A stretch of DNA of 64,000 nucleotides, taken from contig NZ_CAMHSK010000002.1 in assembly GCF_946187725.1 (NCBI RefSeq), positions 58,848 through 122,847 of the forward strand, given 5' to 3'. Each line of letters starts with the position of its first letter. Position 1 is the first letter of the stretch. The position numbers and the translations under genes are program-made. The stretch is from an uncultured Treponema sp. GTDB lineage: Bacteria > Spirochaetota > Spirochaetia > Treponematales > Treponemataceae. Shown piece after piece: positions 49,004 to 57,945 of the stretch. The notes under the pieces are model-generated. The model was not told the DNA's origin. It worked only from the letters and a program-made list of their open reading frames with translations, and searched no databases.

Positions 49004-50171
49004 TGTGAACTCCCTTTGCAGGCTCTACTTCGTAACTTGAAGTTTTGAAGCCGAAAATTTTTGTGAATTCGGAAAGTTTGTTGTTGAATTCGGGAACATC
49101 CTTTTCGTCGAGGATTGCATAAAGACAGCGGCCGAAGCCTTTACCGGTGATGCGCCCGCAATTAAAAGGATTTCGCGAATCATCGTTATTCGGATTGATT
49201 TCTGCAAGCCGTTTTAAAATCCAGTCGATTTCAGGACAAGAAATTTCGTATTCATCACGCATGTTTTCATGGCTGTGATTGACGGCCCGCGCAAATTGAC
49301 CGAAAGATTTTTTGGCAAGCGCATCCCAGGCATCAAGAACATATTTATGCTCCATCATTACGCTGTGAAGCTTTTTATGAATCATCTCCGGGGCGACCGA
49401 AAGGACTAAATTGACTTCGTGAGGATTTTCTTCATAACGCCAGCCACCGCGAACATAAGACTTTCGCTCTTTTAATTCACCGATGAGAAGCGCGCTTTCA
49501 GGCTCACGGATTATATCTTCGTTCCAGATGCTGACTCTTGGAACTTTGGTATCAACAAGAATGATTTTTTTCTCAGGATAGTCGAACGGAATAAGCTCGC
49601 AATTCTTTGTCGCATGGTCCGTAAGAACCAGGGATTTTTCATCAGAGTGGATTGCGGAAAGAATGTCAGAGAGATAATTGTTTGTATTGAGGAAATGAAG
49701 GTTACCGTTGGCAATTGCCCTCAGGATCTGACTTTCATCACAATCAAAATGATGAAGTTCTTTTATTGCGTATGCAGAACCGACTTTGATTGCCGTGGTG
49801 ATTCCGAAGCCAGCAGAAGGAAGGATGTCAGAATAAATCGTGAAATTCATGCCCCGGACCTCAAAACCAGCAGCATTGAATCCATAAATCATTGCCTTGA
49901 TGGAATTTGCCCAGCGGTCTTCCTTGCGGAACTTCATGCCCATCATAGAAATCTTTTTGCGGTCTTTGAGCTGAGGAAAATAGAAATGAAAATTGTTATC
50001 GTCACGGGAAGAAACGGCCACATAAACAGGAATATTTATACCCATGGAAAGAGTCTTATCACGGAAAAACCAGGAATGTTCCCCGATAAGATGGAATCTG
50101 CCGGGAGTGCAGACAAGCACATCAGGCTGCTGACCGTATTCTGACTTGTGAATATCCTTTACTAGTTCCAT
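48993..50171 (-). CDS. GHMP kinase superfamily protein, galactokinase-like with a degenerate P-loop
   Basis: PGRFHLIGEHSWF (compare GalK PGRVNLIGEHTDY) and TGKGFGRC (compare GalK TGGGFGGC). Motif II reads LPSAGFGITTA rather than PxGxGLSSSA. Start set at MELVKD, which has a GGGGGGA SD. Confidence 0.5.
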   Translation of the reverse strand: MELVKDIHKSEYGQQPDVLVCTPGRFHLIGEHSWFFRDKTLSMGINIPVYVAVSSRDDNNFHFYFPQLKDRKKISMMGMKFRKEDRWANSIKAMIYGFNAAGFEVRGMNFTIYSDILPSAGFGITTAIKVGSAYAIKELHHFDCDESQILRAIANGNLHFLNTNNYLSDILSAIHSDEKSLVLTDHATKNCELIPFDYPEKKIILVDTKVPRVSIWNEDIIREPESALLIGELKERKSYVRGGWRYEENPHEVNLVLSVAPEMIHKKLHSVMMEHKYVLDAWDALAKKSFGQFARAVNHSHENMRDEYEISCPEIDWILKRLAEINPNNDDSRNPFNCGRITGKGFGRCLYAILDEKDVPEFNNKLSEFTKIFGFKTSSYEVEPAKGVHIVS

Positions 50172-50229
50172 ATATCCCCCCACAAGTGTAATTGCTTTTT
50201 TAAATGCAACTTAATAGAATGATAACACA

Positions 50230-52062
50230 ATGTCTCGATTTTTACAAATTTTTTGTACGCTTCTGTCAGCATTACTTATTGCGGCAGCCATTCCTAATGA
50301 ATTACTCAAATTTGGCTCACCACTCATCGGTCTTTTTGCACTCTATCCTTTCTATATAGCTATCCGACGCTCAAAAAGCCTGCCAGAAACATTTATTCTC
50401 TGTTTTCTACACGGCGCCGTCGCACATCTTCTTTCAAGTTTCTGGCTCGGAAATTTTCCCGGTTTCGCAATTTTCACGCTCGGCGCCTCTGATTTGGGCA
50501 CTGGCTTCTTTGAGGGATTTTTCGCACTGGCGTTTTACTTTCCTGTTCTTTTTGCATCAAAATCTTACCGTCTTCAGGAACTGGCAGGGAACAAGGCATT
50601 TGCCATTCCATTCAGAATTTTCTGGTTCTCTTCTATATATATAATCTGGGAATACTGCAAGTCAACAGGCTTTCTCGCCTATCCATGGGGCACGCTCTCA
50701 ATGACAGCTTACCGCTGGGAATCACTCACACAGATTGCAGACATCACCGGTGTTTACGGAGTCACTTTCCTTTTTGCGCTTTTTTCTTCAATCATGGGCG
50801 AAGGCACCCTTCTTCTTTCAGAAATTTCAAATTCCCGTCAAGGTAAAATTCGATTTTCTTCATATAAAACGGCATGTTTTACCTGCCTTGCACTTTTTGC
50901 AATTTCCTTTGCGTATGGAATCCATCAGCTTTCAAAAGAGATTTACCCTGAAAAACTGATGAACACAATTCTCGTTCAGCAGAACCGAAATCCGAACCGC
51001 CGCGACGAAGAAGAAAACATCACGCTAGCACAAAAAATCACACAAGAAAAACTGGATGAAATCATCAAAAAGGGTGAAAAATGCGATCTCGTTGTATGGA
51101 GTGAAGCCGTTCTTTCAAAACGGTTCCCAATCGCAGAAACCTATTACAATTTCTATCCATCAGAAAATCCACTCATCAAATTCATAAAGAATAACCACAC
51201 GCCCTTCATTATCGGTGGTCCAATCATCTTCAACGACGAGCTGCATGAATACGGAAATTCCGCACTTCTCTTCGACAAGAGCGGCAAATTTTCAGGCTCA
51301 TACACAAAGATGCACCTCGTTCCTTTTGCGGAAGCCATTCCTTTCAGGCAGTATGAACCCGTCCGCCGTATAATCAAGGGCATGATAGGATTCTCTTACG
51401 GCTGGACTCCAGGAAAAAAGCCTGTTCTCTTTGAAATTCCGCTTGAATCAAAACTTCAGCCCGAAAAAGCATTCGATATCATCTCAATCATGCCGGACAA
51501 GAAAAAAAAGCAGGAAGAACCTCTCAAAAGCGTGATTATCTCAACACCAATCTGCTTTGATGATTCAGCACACGAAGTCTGCCACGCACTCTACCACTCT
51601 GGAAGCGAAGTTTTCGTTAACATCACAAACGATTCCTGGTCAAAGACCGATTCTGCCGAAATTCAGCATTTTGTTGTCGCGCATTACCGCTCAATCGAAT
51701 ACAGAACGACCACAATCCGCGCCGCAAATGCAGGATACACCGTCGTCATTGATCCAAAAGGCAAAGTCATTGCTGATTTACCGCTCTTCAAAGAAGGCGC
51801 ACTGACTTACAAAGTGCCTGTTTACAAGCGAGAAATGACAATTTATGCCCGCTTAGGTGACTGGCTTCCATATTCGCTCCTCATGCTTGTTTTCGCATAC
51901 ATCGCAGTTGTAGTAAAACACAAAAAAGAAGAAGAATTTGCCGCACGAAAAATCGAAACAACGCTCTTACCGCACAGAATCGAATGGTACGAACTTCTTG
52001 AAAGAGTTATGGCAGTCTACGACCGAGATTTCGCTATTGACTGGAACAACTGGAATATGTAG
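50230..52062 (+). CDS. lnt: Apolipoprotein N-acyltransferase
   Basis: N-terminal polytopic region plus a CN-hydrolase domain with E/K/C contexts (VVWSEAV, KMHLVPFAE, PICFDD). At 610 aa it has a C-terminal tail of about 50 aa after the last TM segment. Confidence 0.8.
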   Translation: MSRFLQIFCTLLSALLIAAAIPNELLKFGSPLIGLFALYPFYIAIRRSKSLPETFILCFLHGAVAHLLSSFWLGNFPGFAIFTLGASDLGTGFFEGFFALAFYFPVLFASKSYRLQELAGNKAFAIPFRIFWFSSIYIIWEYCKSTGFLAYPWGTLSMTAYRWESLTQIADITGVYGVTFLFALFSSIMGEGTLLLSEISNSRQGKIRFSSYKTACFTCLALFAISFAYGIHQLSKEIYPEKLMNTILVQQNRNPNRRDEEENITLAQKITQEKLDEIIKKGEKCDLVVWSEAVLSKRFPIAETYYNFYPSENPLIKFIKNNHTPFIIGGPIIFNDELHEYGNSALLFDKSGKFSGSYTKMHLVPFAEAIPFRQYEPVRRIIKGMIGFSYGWTPGKKPVLFEIPLESKLQPEKAFDIISIMPDKKKKQEEPLKSVIISTPICFDDSAHEVCHALYHSGSEVFVNITNDSWSKTDSAEIQHFVVAHYRSIEYRTTTIRAANAGYTVVIDPKGKVIADLPLFKEGALTYKVPVYKREMTIYARLGDWLPYSLLMLVFAYIAVVVKHKKEEEFAARKIETTLLPHRIEWYELLERVMAVYDRDFAIDWNNWNM

Positions 52063-52064
52063 AA

Positions 52065-52097
52065 TTGTCAACATCTTTAATAAAAGAAGGTTAACAA
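52065..52097 (+). promoter_or_regulatory. BirA-operator-like inverted repeat upstream of bioY
   Basis: TTGTCAAC (52065-52072)-N17-GTTAACAA (52090-52097) ends 3 nt before ATG 52101. Compare E. coli bioO TTGTAAACC-N16-GGTTTACAA. Confidence 0.45.
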
Positions 52098-52100
52098 TCC

Positions 52101-52679
52101 ATGCAAAAACGAAAATATGTCTTTTCAGCGCTGTTCGCCGCACTCATCAGTATCGGCTGTGTAATAGCAATCCCGCTTCCGGGCGGAGTTCCTGTCACCG
52201 TACAGAATATGTTCAGCATTCTCGCAGGTGCAATTCTCGGAAGCTTTTACGGTGCAGTTTCAGTTCTTATATGGCTTACGATTGGTGCCGTTGGAATTCC
52301 GGTCTTCGCAAACGCACACGGTGGAATCGCAATCATTCTTGGACCAACAGGCGGTTACATGCTCGGTTACGCACTCGCCTCGCTTTTTCTGGGGCTAATG
52401 CTCGGAAAACCAAATCTTACCGAAAACAAAAAGGACATTAAATTTCTCGCAAAAATCGCCGTATTCTCACTTTTAGCATATGCTTTAGTCTACTTGCCAG
52501 GAATTCCGTGGTTCATGCATGTCATGGCCGGCAAAGGAAAGCCCGTTTCATTCACGGCGGCATTAAAACTGACATTCATTCCGTTCATTCCGGGGGATTT
52601 AATCAAATGGCTTGTCACGATTCCACTTTCAGCAGCAATAAGACCTGTCGCAGCAAGATATCTGGAATCTGAAAATTAA
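52101..52679 (+). CDS. bioY: Biotin ECF transporter S component BioY
   Basis: 192 aa with six hydrophobic segments. VPVTVQNMFSILAGAILG and GPTGGYMLGY are BioY hallmarks. Confidence 0.85.
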   Translation: MQKRKYVFSALFAALISIGCVIAIPLPGGVPVTVQNMFSILAGAILGSFYGAVSVLIWLTIGAVGIPVFANAHGGIAIILGPTGGYMLGYALASLFLGLMLGKPNLTENKKDIKFLAKIAVFSLLAYALVYLPGIPWFMHVMAGKGKPVSFTAALKLTFIPFIPGDLIKWLVTIPLSAAIRPVAARYLESEN

Positions 52680-52703
52680 AACGAAGAGCCTTTTTACGCA
52701 ATA

Positions 52704-53438
52704 ATGAAAACAATAATAAAACTTCAAAACATTTCAAAGACATTCCCATCAAGCTCTCCAGACGGAAAACCGAATGCAGCCATCTCGAACATATCGTTTG
52801 AAGTCGAAAAAGGCTCTCTTACAATTGTCGGCGGAGCCAATGGCAGCGGAAAAAGCGTTCTCATGATGCTGATTTCAGGCCTCATGAAGCCCTCAACAGG
52901 GAAGATTGAAGTCGATTCAAAACCAGGTCTTGTCTTTCAGGACGCTTCCATGCAGATTTTAGGTGATACAGCCCGCGAAGATGTTTCTGTTGGTCCAAAG
53001 AACCTGAAATTCAGCAAAAAAGAAATTCCGCAAATTGTAGAAGAATCCCTCAAAAGCGTGCATCTGCTCGAAAAAGCCGACTTTCCGGCAGAATTTCTTT
53101 CAGGTGGCGAAAAAAGACGGCTCGCGGTAGCATCAATCCTTGCAATGAAGCGGGAAATCATCATTTTTGACGAACCTTACGCAAATCTTGACTACCCTGC
53201 CGTTTGCGATGTAAACCGTCTCCTAAAAGAACTTCACGATGAAGGCAAAACAGTAATCCTTCTGACTCATGAACTCGAAAAATGCCTCGCACTGGCCGAC
53301 CATTTCATAATCCTCCAGAACGGAAAGCTCGTTTTTGACGGAAAGCCGGAAGAAGCGTTAAAACTCCCGCTGGAAAAATGGTCAATCAGAAACCCTCTCG
53401 CCCGCTACGAAAGCGTAAGTGATTTGGTATGGAAATAA
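52704..53438 (+). CDS. ECF transporter ATPase (BioM/EcfA type)
   Basis: Walker A GANGSGKS, signature LSGGEKRRLA, Walker B IIIFDEP. Confidence 0.85.
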   Translation: MKTIIKLQNISKTFPSSSPDGKPNAAISNISFEVEKGSLTIVGGANGSGKSVLMMLISGLMKPSTGKIEVDSKPGLVFQDASMQILGDTAREDVSVGPKNLKFSKKEIPQIVEESLKSVHLLEKADFPAEFLSGGEKRRLAVASILAMKREIIIFDEPYANLDYPAVCDVNRLLKELHDEGKTVILLTHELEKCLALADHFIILQNGKLVFDGKPEEALKLPLEKWSIRNPLARYESVSDLVWK

Positions 53439-54127
53439 GAAACATGGATGCCAATTTCTTTCATTATAAAGTTCAGCGCACTTTCCTGCATACTCTTTCA
53501 CCGGCACTAAAGATTCTTCTGATTCTCGTGCTTGCACTGCTTGCGTTCTATCTTCCTGTCAGAATCTGCATTTTCGCTTACCCGGTTTTGATTCTTTTTT
53601 CAGCAATTTTTCTCAAATTCAGCGTCTCAGAGATTTTCTCCGATGCAAAACCCACGCTCGCGTACATGATTCTTCTATATATTGCGGGCCTTATCCTGAA
53701 TCTTTCAAATCACTTTTCTTCAATAAATTTCCCAGCAGAATCATGGGAAGATGTTTACGCAGGGATTTCAAAGATTTTCATTCCCAACCTGACATACCTT
53801 CCGCTGCTTGCTCATCTTGCGCTCTCACTTGAAATCACATCGATTTTCTACAGGACGACCAGTACAGGCCAATTCAAAGACGGATTTTCTTCAATAGAGA
53901 TGTTTTTAACACGAAAGGATTCTGCTCCGCTCTCAGACACGCTTGCGCTGGCAATTTCTTTCATTCCAAGAATCTCAACTTTCTGGAACAGGCTTGAACG
54001 GGCATGGATTTCCAGAGGCGGAAAAGATTCCATTTTTAAAGCGATTTATCTTTTTCCAAAACTTTTTCATGTCTCATTACGGGAAGGCTACGAGAAAACT
54101 CTTGCAATTCAGAATAGAAGTCTGTAG
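53429..54127 (+). CDS. ECF transporter T component (BioN/CbiQ type)
   Basis: 232-aa polytopic protein that overlaps the ATPase gene and completes a bioY-M-N arrangement. Confidence 0.65.
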   Translation: MEIRNMDANFFHYKVQRTFLHTLSPALKILLILVLALLAFYLPVRICIFAYPVLILFSAIFLKFSVSEIFSDAKPTLAYMILLYIAGLILNLSNHFSSINFPAESWEDVYAGISKIFIPNLTYLPLLAHLALSLEITSIFYRTTSTGQFKDGFSSIEMFLTRKDSAPLSDTLALAISFIPRISTFWNRLERAWISRGGKDSIFKAIYLFPKLFHVSLREGYEKTLAIQNRSL

Positions 54128-54151
54128 AGTTAACTATTAAGGAAGAAAAAG

Positions 54152-54655
54152 ATGAGATGTCCATATTGCGGAAGCCTTGATGACAAGGTGCTTGAATCAA
54201 GAACAATGGCCAACGGTGAATCTATCCGCCGCCGCCGGGAATGTGTCAGCTGCGGAATGCGCTTTACAAGCTATGAGCGTATTGAAGAAAAGCCTTTTAT
54301 GGTCGTAAAGCGTGACGGCCGAAGACAACCCTTTGACCGCACAAAAATCGAAAAAGGTATCGAACGCGCACTTGAAAAACGACCAGTTTCATCAAGCACA
54401 AAAGACAACATTATAAATGACATAGAAGATGCGGCATTCATGAAGGGCAAGTCCAGCCGTGAAATTTCAACTACTGAACTCGGTGACATCATTCTCGAAA
54501 GGCTTCATGATGTGGATAAAGTTGCCTACATCCGATTCGCATCCGTTTACAGAAATTTTGAGAATTTGGACGAATTCATCAGCGAAGTTAAAAAGCTAAA
54601 AAAAGCAAAAAACAGTGAATCCGTAAAATCAGAGCCAAAAAACGAAAAAAAATAA
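54152..54655 (+). CDS. nrdR: Transcriptional repressor NrdR
   Basis: MRCPYCGS...CVSCGMRFTSYE zinc ribbon followed by an ATP-cone. Confidence 0.9.
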   Translation: MRCPYCGSLDDKVLESRTMANGESIRRRRECVSCGMRFTSYERIEEKPFMVVKRDGRRQPFDRTKIEKGIERALEKRPVSSSTKDNIINDIEDAAFMKGKSSREISTTELGDIILERLHDVDKVAYIRFASVYRNFENLDEFISEVKKLKKAKNSESVKSEPKNEKK

Positions 54656-54686
54656 AGAAAAAATCAATTTTTTCGTCATCAGGCAC

Positions 54687-54715
54687 TTGACATTATCCCA
54701 TCAATTACATAAAAT
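54687..54715 (+). promoter_or_regulatory. sigma70-type promoter for the tRNA
   Basis: TTGACA (54687-54692), 17-nt spacer, TAAAAT (54710-54715), 14 nt before the tRNA 5' end. Confidence 0.55.
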
Positions 54716-54728
54716 AGATACATCTTTT

Positions 54729-54801
54729 GGGGGCATAGTCCAGCTGGTAGAACACCGGACTCATATTCCGTATGTCATAGGTTCAAGTCCTATTGCCCCT
54801 A
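54729..54801 (+). tRNA. tRNA with CAT anticodon (elongator Met, or lysidine-modified Ile2)
   Basis: Hand-folded cloverleaf: acceptor GGGGGCA/TGCCCCT, anticodon loop CTCATAT, T-arm ATAGG-TTCAAGT-CCTAT, discriminator A, no encoded CCA. It lacks the three G:C pairs of initiator tRNA. One mismatch each in the D stem and the anticodon stem. Confidence 0.8.
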
Positions 54802-55345
54802 CTTTTTAGAACCCACGCTATTTGATAGTGTGGGTTTTTCTTTTTATACGATATATTTTTTATGGACTTGAACCTACGCTTCAAGCGGTTCAGGCATAGC
54901 CTTCACCGAGACTCGTCTAAAAACTTGCCTCGCAAGTTTTTTCGCTTCGCGACCGACTCGCTACCTATTGCCCCCTGCTTACTTAAACAAACTATTTTAT
55001 AAGTCGTGGGGCTTTCTTTTGTACGGTATATTTTTTACGGACTCGAACCTACGCTTCAAGCGGTTCAGGCATAGCCTTCACCGAGACTCGTCTAAAAACT
55101 TGCCTCGCAAGTTTTTTCGCTTCGCGACCGACTCGCTACCTATTGCCCCTACCTACTTAAACAAACTATTTTATAAGTCGTGGGTTTTTCTTTTGTACGG
55201 TATATTTCCTACGGACTTGAACCTACGCTTCAAGCACAGCCCTCAGCGAGACTCCCCTAGAAACTCATCTCACGAGTTTCTTCGCCTTTGGCGACCGGTT
55301 CGCTAGGTTCTGCGCGGTTCGAGCCTAGCTCTCACCGAGAGTTAC
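54789..55345 (+). repeat. Tandem triplication of a 175-bp unit that begins inside the tRNA 3' end
   Basis: CCTATTGCCCC(T/C) occurs at 54789, 54964 and 55139, an exact 175-bp period. Units run 54789-54963, 54964-55138 and 55139-55305 (the last with an 11-bp deletion), and a partial sub-copy follows at 55306-55340. Confidence 0.9.
54811..54845 (+). terminator. Rho-independent terminator after the tRNA
   Basis: ACCCACGCTA-TTTGA-TAGTGTGGGT (one G:T pair) followed by TTTTCTTTTT. Confidence 0.8.
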
Positions 55346-55391
55346 TAACGGTACTGATTGACCAAAAATAATCTTAATTATAGAATACTTT

Positions 55392-56345
55392 ATGATTCAA
55401 GCAGAAAAATTTGACACGCCTTTTAAGGGGCGCTCTCTTCTAACATGGCTTGACTGGGAGCCGGAAGAGATTTTACAGATTCTTGATTACGCATTTCTGG
55501 TAAAAAAACAGGCTCATGCGGGTGAAGTCCACCAGCGTTTTCTGGGCAAAACAATTGCATTGATTTTTGAAAAGCGTTCCACACGCACACGCTCATCTTT
55601 TGAAACTGCCTTTGGAGAAGAAGGCGGTCATCCTGTTTTCATGTCAACGGACGACATCCAGCTCGGCGGAAAGGAAAGTGTCAAAGACACAGCACGAGTT
55701 CTGGGCCGCATGTTCAGTGCAATCGAATTCCGTGGTTTTAAACAGGAGCATGTTAAGCAGCTCGCAGAATTTTCAGGAGTTCCGGTCATCAACGGGCTCA
55801 CGGATGATTTTCATCCTACTCAGGCACTTGCAGACATAATGACACTCAAAGAGAATTTTGGAACTCTCAAAGACTTAAAATGGGCATTCTGTGGTGACGG
55901 ACGAAATAATGTTGCCCGCTCACTTATGATTATTTCAGCCAAACTCGGAATTGATTTTGCGATTTACTCACCTAAAGAACTTTTCCCGCCAGCCGACATT
56001 CAGGAAATCTGCGCTCCAATTGCAGCAAAAAGCGGCGCAAAAATTGAAATTTCTGATCAAATTTCAGTTGTAAAAGGTGCCGATTGCCTTTATACTGATG
56101 TATGGGTTTCGATGGGCGAAGAATCGCTCAAAGAAGAACGAACGCGTCTTCTTTCACCGTATCAGGTAAATTCAAAACTCATGGCAGCCACAGGCAAAAC
56201 CAGCACAATTTTCATGCATTGTCTGCCAGCTGTTCTTGGGCAGGAAGTTACCGAAGATGTTTTCGAAAGTCCTGCAAGCAAGGTGTGGGATGAAGCCGAA
56301 AACCGCAAGCATACCATCAAGGCTATTATGCTCGCTCTAATCTAG
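55392..56345 (+). CDS. argF: Ornithine carbamoyltransferase
   Basis: STRTR, HPTQ and HCLP motifs; 317 aa. I cannot separate anabolic, catabolic or putrescine specificity from the sequence alone. Confidence 0.8.
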   Translation: MIQAEKFDTPFKGRSLLTWLDWEPEEILQILDYAFLVKKQAHAGEVHQRFLGKTIALIFEKRSTRTRSSFETAFGEEGGHPVFMSTDDIQLGGKESVKDTARVLGRMFSAIEFRGFKQEHVKQLAEFSGVPVINGLTDDFHPTQALADIMTLKENFGTLKDLKWAFCGDGRNNVARSLMIISAKLGIDFAIYSPKELFPPADIQEICAPIAAKSGAKIEISDQISVVKGADCLYTDVWVSMGEESLKEERTRLLSPYQVNSKLMAATGKTSTIFMHCLPAVLGQEVTEDVFESPASKVWDEAENRKHTIKAIMLALI

Positions 56346-56390
56346 GACATTGAAACACAAAAGACCATTTGGTCAAAAAGGAGATTCTAT

Positions 56391-56822
56391 ATGAAAAAAT
56401 TATTCATCTTGACAATGCTTCTTGGCATAGGCGTTTTGTTCTCTGTTTCTGCAAAGGATAAATCACATTACAAAAATGAATATCAGGAAGCAGAAATCAC
56501 TTATCACAATGTACAGGTTTACAAAGTCCTTGACCACAAAGACGCATACATTGTTATGTACGCAAAAGGTCATCGTGAAGTCGGTACAGTTACCATTCCC
56601 AAAAAATGGTACTCATCTGCTATGACAGCAGACTCAAAACTTCACTTCCGTGCATTGCCAAACGGAATGAATCCATACATGACTGTTGTAAAGCGCGCTG
56701 GTGCATTTGAACGAGTGTTCCTCACACTCCCAACTTCAAGAGCACTTCCAGTATGGGGCGTTGCAGATCTTACTGTAAAAGTTGACGATTTGGACAAAGA
56801 ATCTCTCGAAATCGTCTACTAA
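56391..56822 (+). CDS. Small secreted hypothetical protein
   Basis: 143 aa with a signal peptide (MKKLFILTMLLGIGVLFSVSA). GGAG SD upstream. No motif recognised. Confidence 0.4.
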   Translation: MKKLFILTMLLGIGVLFSVSAKDKSHYKNEYQEAEITYHNVQVYKVLDHKDAYIVMYAKGHREVGTVTIPKKWYSSAMTADSKLHFRALPNGMNPYMTVVKRAGAFERVFLTLPTSRALPVWGVADLTVKVDDLDKESLEIVY

Positions 56823-56847
56823 TAAAACACATTTTCCCGTCAAAAAA

Positions 56848-56890
56848 GGGCTGTAAAATGGAGCTTGCTTCATACAGCCCTTATTTTTTT
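56848..56890 (+). terminator. Rho-independent terminator
   Basis: GGGCTGTA (56848-56855) pairs with TACAGCCC (56873-56880), followed by TTATTTTTTT. Confidence 0.65.
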
Positions 56891-56913
56891 CTATGCCAAA
56901 GGATTAAACTATT

Positions 56914-57894
56914 ATGCAGATTATTTCTGACGAAAAAATCACAGAATTCAACAATTTTCTCAACAAACATGATTTTTTTTATGTAATCGGACACAAAGAC
57001 CCTGATGGAGACGCAATTTACAGTTGTCTAGCCATGAGAGATTTACTCGAAGCAAAGAACTTAAACTATCAGCTTTTGTCGGCAGGGCCTTTCAAGAGAC
57101 AGGAAATCCGCGCTCACGCAAAGCTCTTCTCAAATCAGATGACCTTTCTTTCAGAACCGGAGCGTAAAAAGGCTGCACTTATAATTCTCGACTGTTCGGA
57201 AATGCTGCGTCTTGGAGAAATAGACGGCGATTTAAAAAATCTCGATACATTCATAATCGACCATCACAAAACGGCAGATGTAAAAGGAAACTGTATAATC
57301 GATCCGACATCCCCAGCCACTGCATGTCTCGTTCAGCAGCTTTACGAAAAAATTGTTGGTAAAATCCCTGAAAAAACAGCTCAGAATTTGTTTTTCGGTC
57401 TTTCAACGGACACAGGTTATTTCCGTTTCTTAAACACTGATTCAGCGGAAGTCTTCAGAATGGCAGCTCGTCTTGTAGAATCAGGAGCAAATCCACGAAA
57501 GACATATGATGCAATAACAGGCGGAAAACCTTATTCTACACGAAAACTTCTCGGACTAATGCTCGAAAGAACGGAACGACGCTATGGAAACCGGCTTGCA
57601 GTCACATACGAAACAATGGAAGATACAAAGCAATGGGGGCAGGAAGGAAGAGATTCAGATGCACTATACTCACTGCTTCTTTCTGTAGACGGAATTGATG
57701 CTGTGCTGTTTGTGCGTCAGGATACAGAACTTACCTGCACATGTGGATTCCGTTCCCGTGACAAGGTTGATGTAAGTGCGATCGCGGCAAAATTTGGCGG
57801 TGGCGGCCATAAAAATGCGGCAGGTTTAAGCATAGACGGAAAACTTCCTGATATCCTCGAAAAAATCTGTGCTGAGTTCAAGAAAGTCCTATAG
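56914..57894 (+). CDS. nrnA: DHH-family phosphoesterase, NrnA-like oligoribonuclease/pAp phosphatase
   Basis: Motifs HKDPDGDA, IIDHHK and GGGGHKNAAG (DHHA1). Confidence 0.75.
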   Translation: MQIISDEKITEFNNFLNKHDFFYVIGHKDPDGDAIYSCLAMRDLLEAKNLNYQLLSAGPFKRQEIRAHAKLFSNQMTFLSEPERKKAALIILDCSEMLRLGEIDGDLKNLDTFIIDHHKTADVKGNCIIDPTSPATACLVQQLYEKIVGKIPEKTAQNLFFGLSTDTGYFRFLNTDSAEVFRMAARLVESGANPRKTYDAITGGKPYSTRKLLGLMLERTERRYGNRLAVTYETMEDTKQWGQEGRDSDALYSLLLSVDGIDAVLFVRQDTELTCTCGFRSRDKVDVSAIAAKFGGGGHKNAAGLSIDGKLPDILEKICAEFKKVL

Positions 57895-57916
57895 GTTAAA
57901 CGCTAGATAATTAGAA

Positions 57917-57945
57917 AGCTGTCCATTCATCGGGCAGCTTTTTTT
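57917..57945 (+). terminator. Rho-independent terminator after nrnA
   Basis: AGCTGTCC-ATTCATC-GGGCAGCT (one T:G pair) followed by a T-run that merges into the repeat array. Confidence 0.7.

Noticed and set aside
54789-55150. Direct repeats of the tRNA 3' end read as attL/attR of an integrated element
   Set aside because: The copies are only 175 bp apart with no integrase or cargo. Homology extends across the whole unit, so this is tandem duplication rather than an att-bounded island. An ancient recombination scar cannot be excluded.
54968-55306. 112-aa ORF through the tRNA-linked repeats
   Set aside because: The peptide simply repeats itself with the 175-bp DNA period (175 is not a multiple of 3, so the frame shifts between units). 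It has no SD, and a terminator-like hairpin lies inside each unit.
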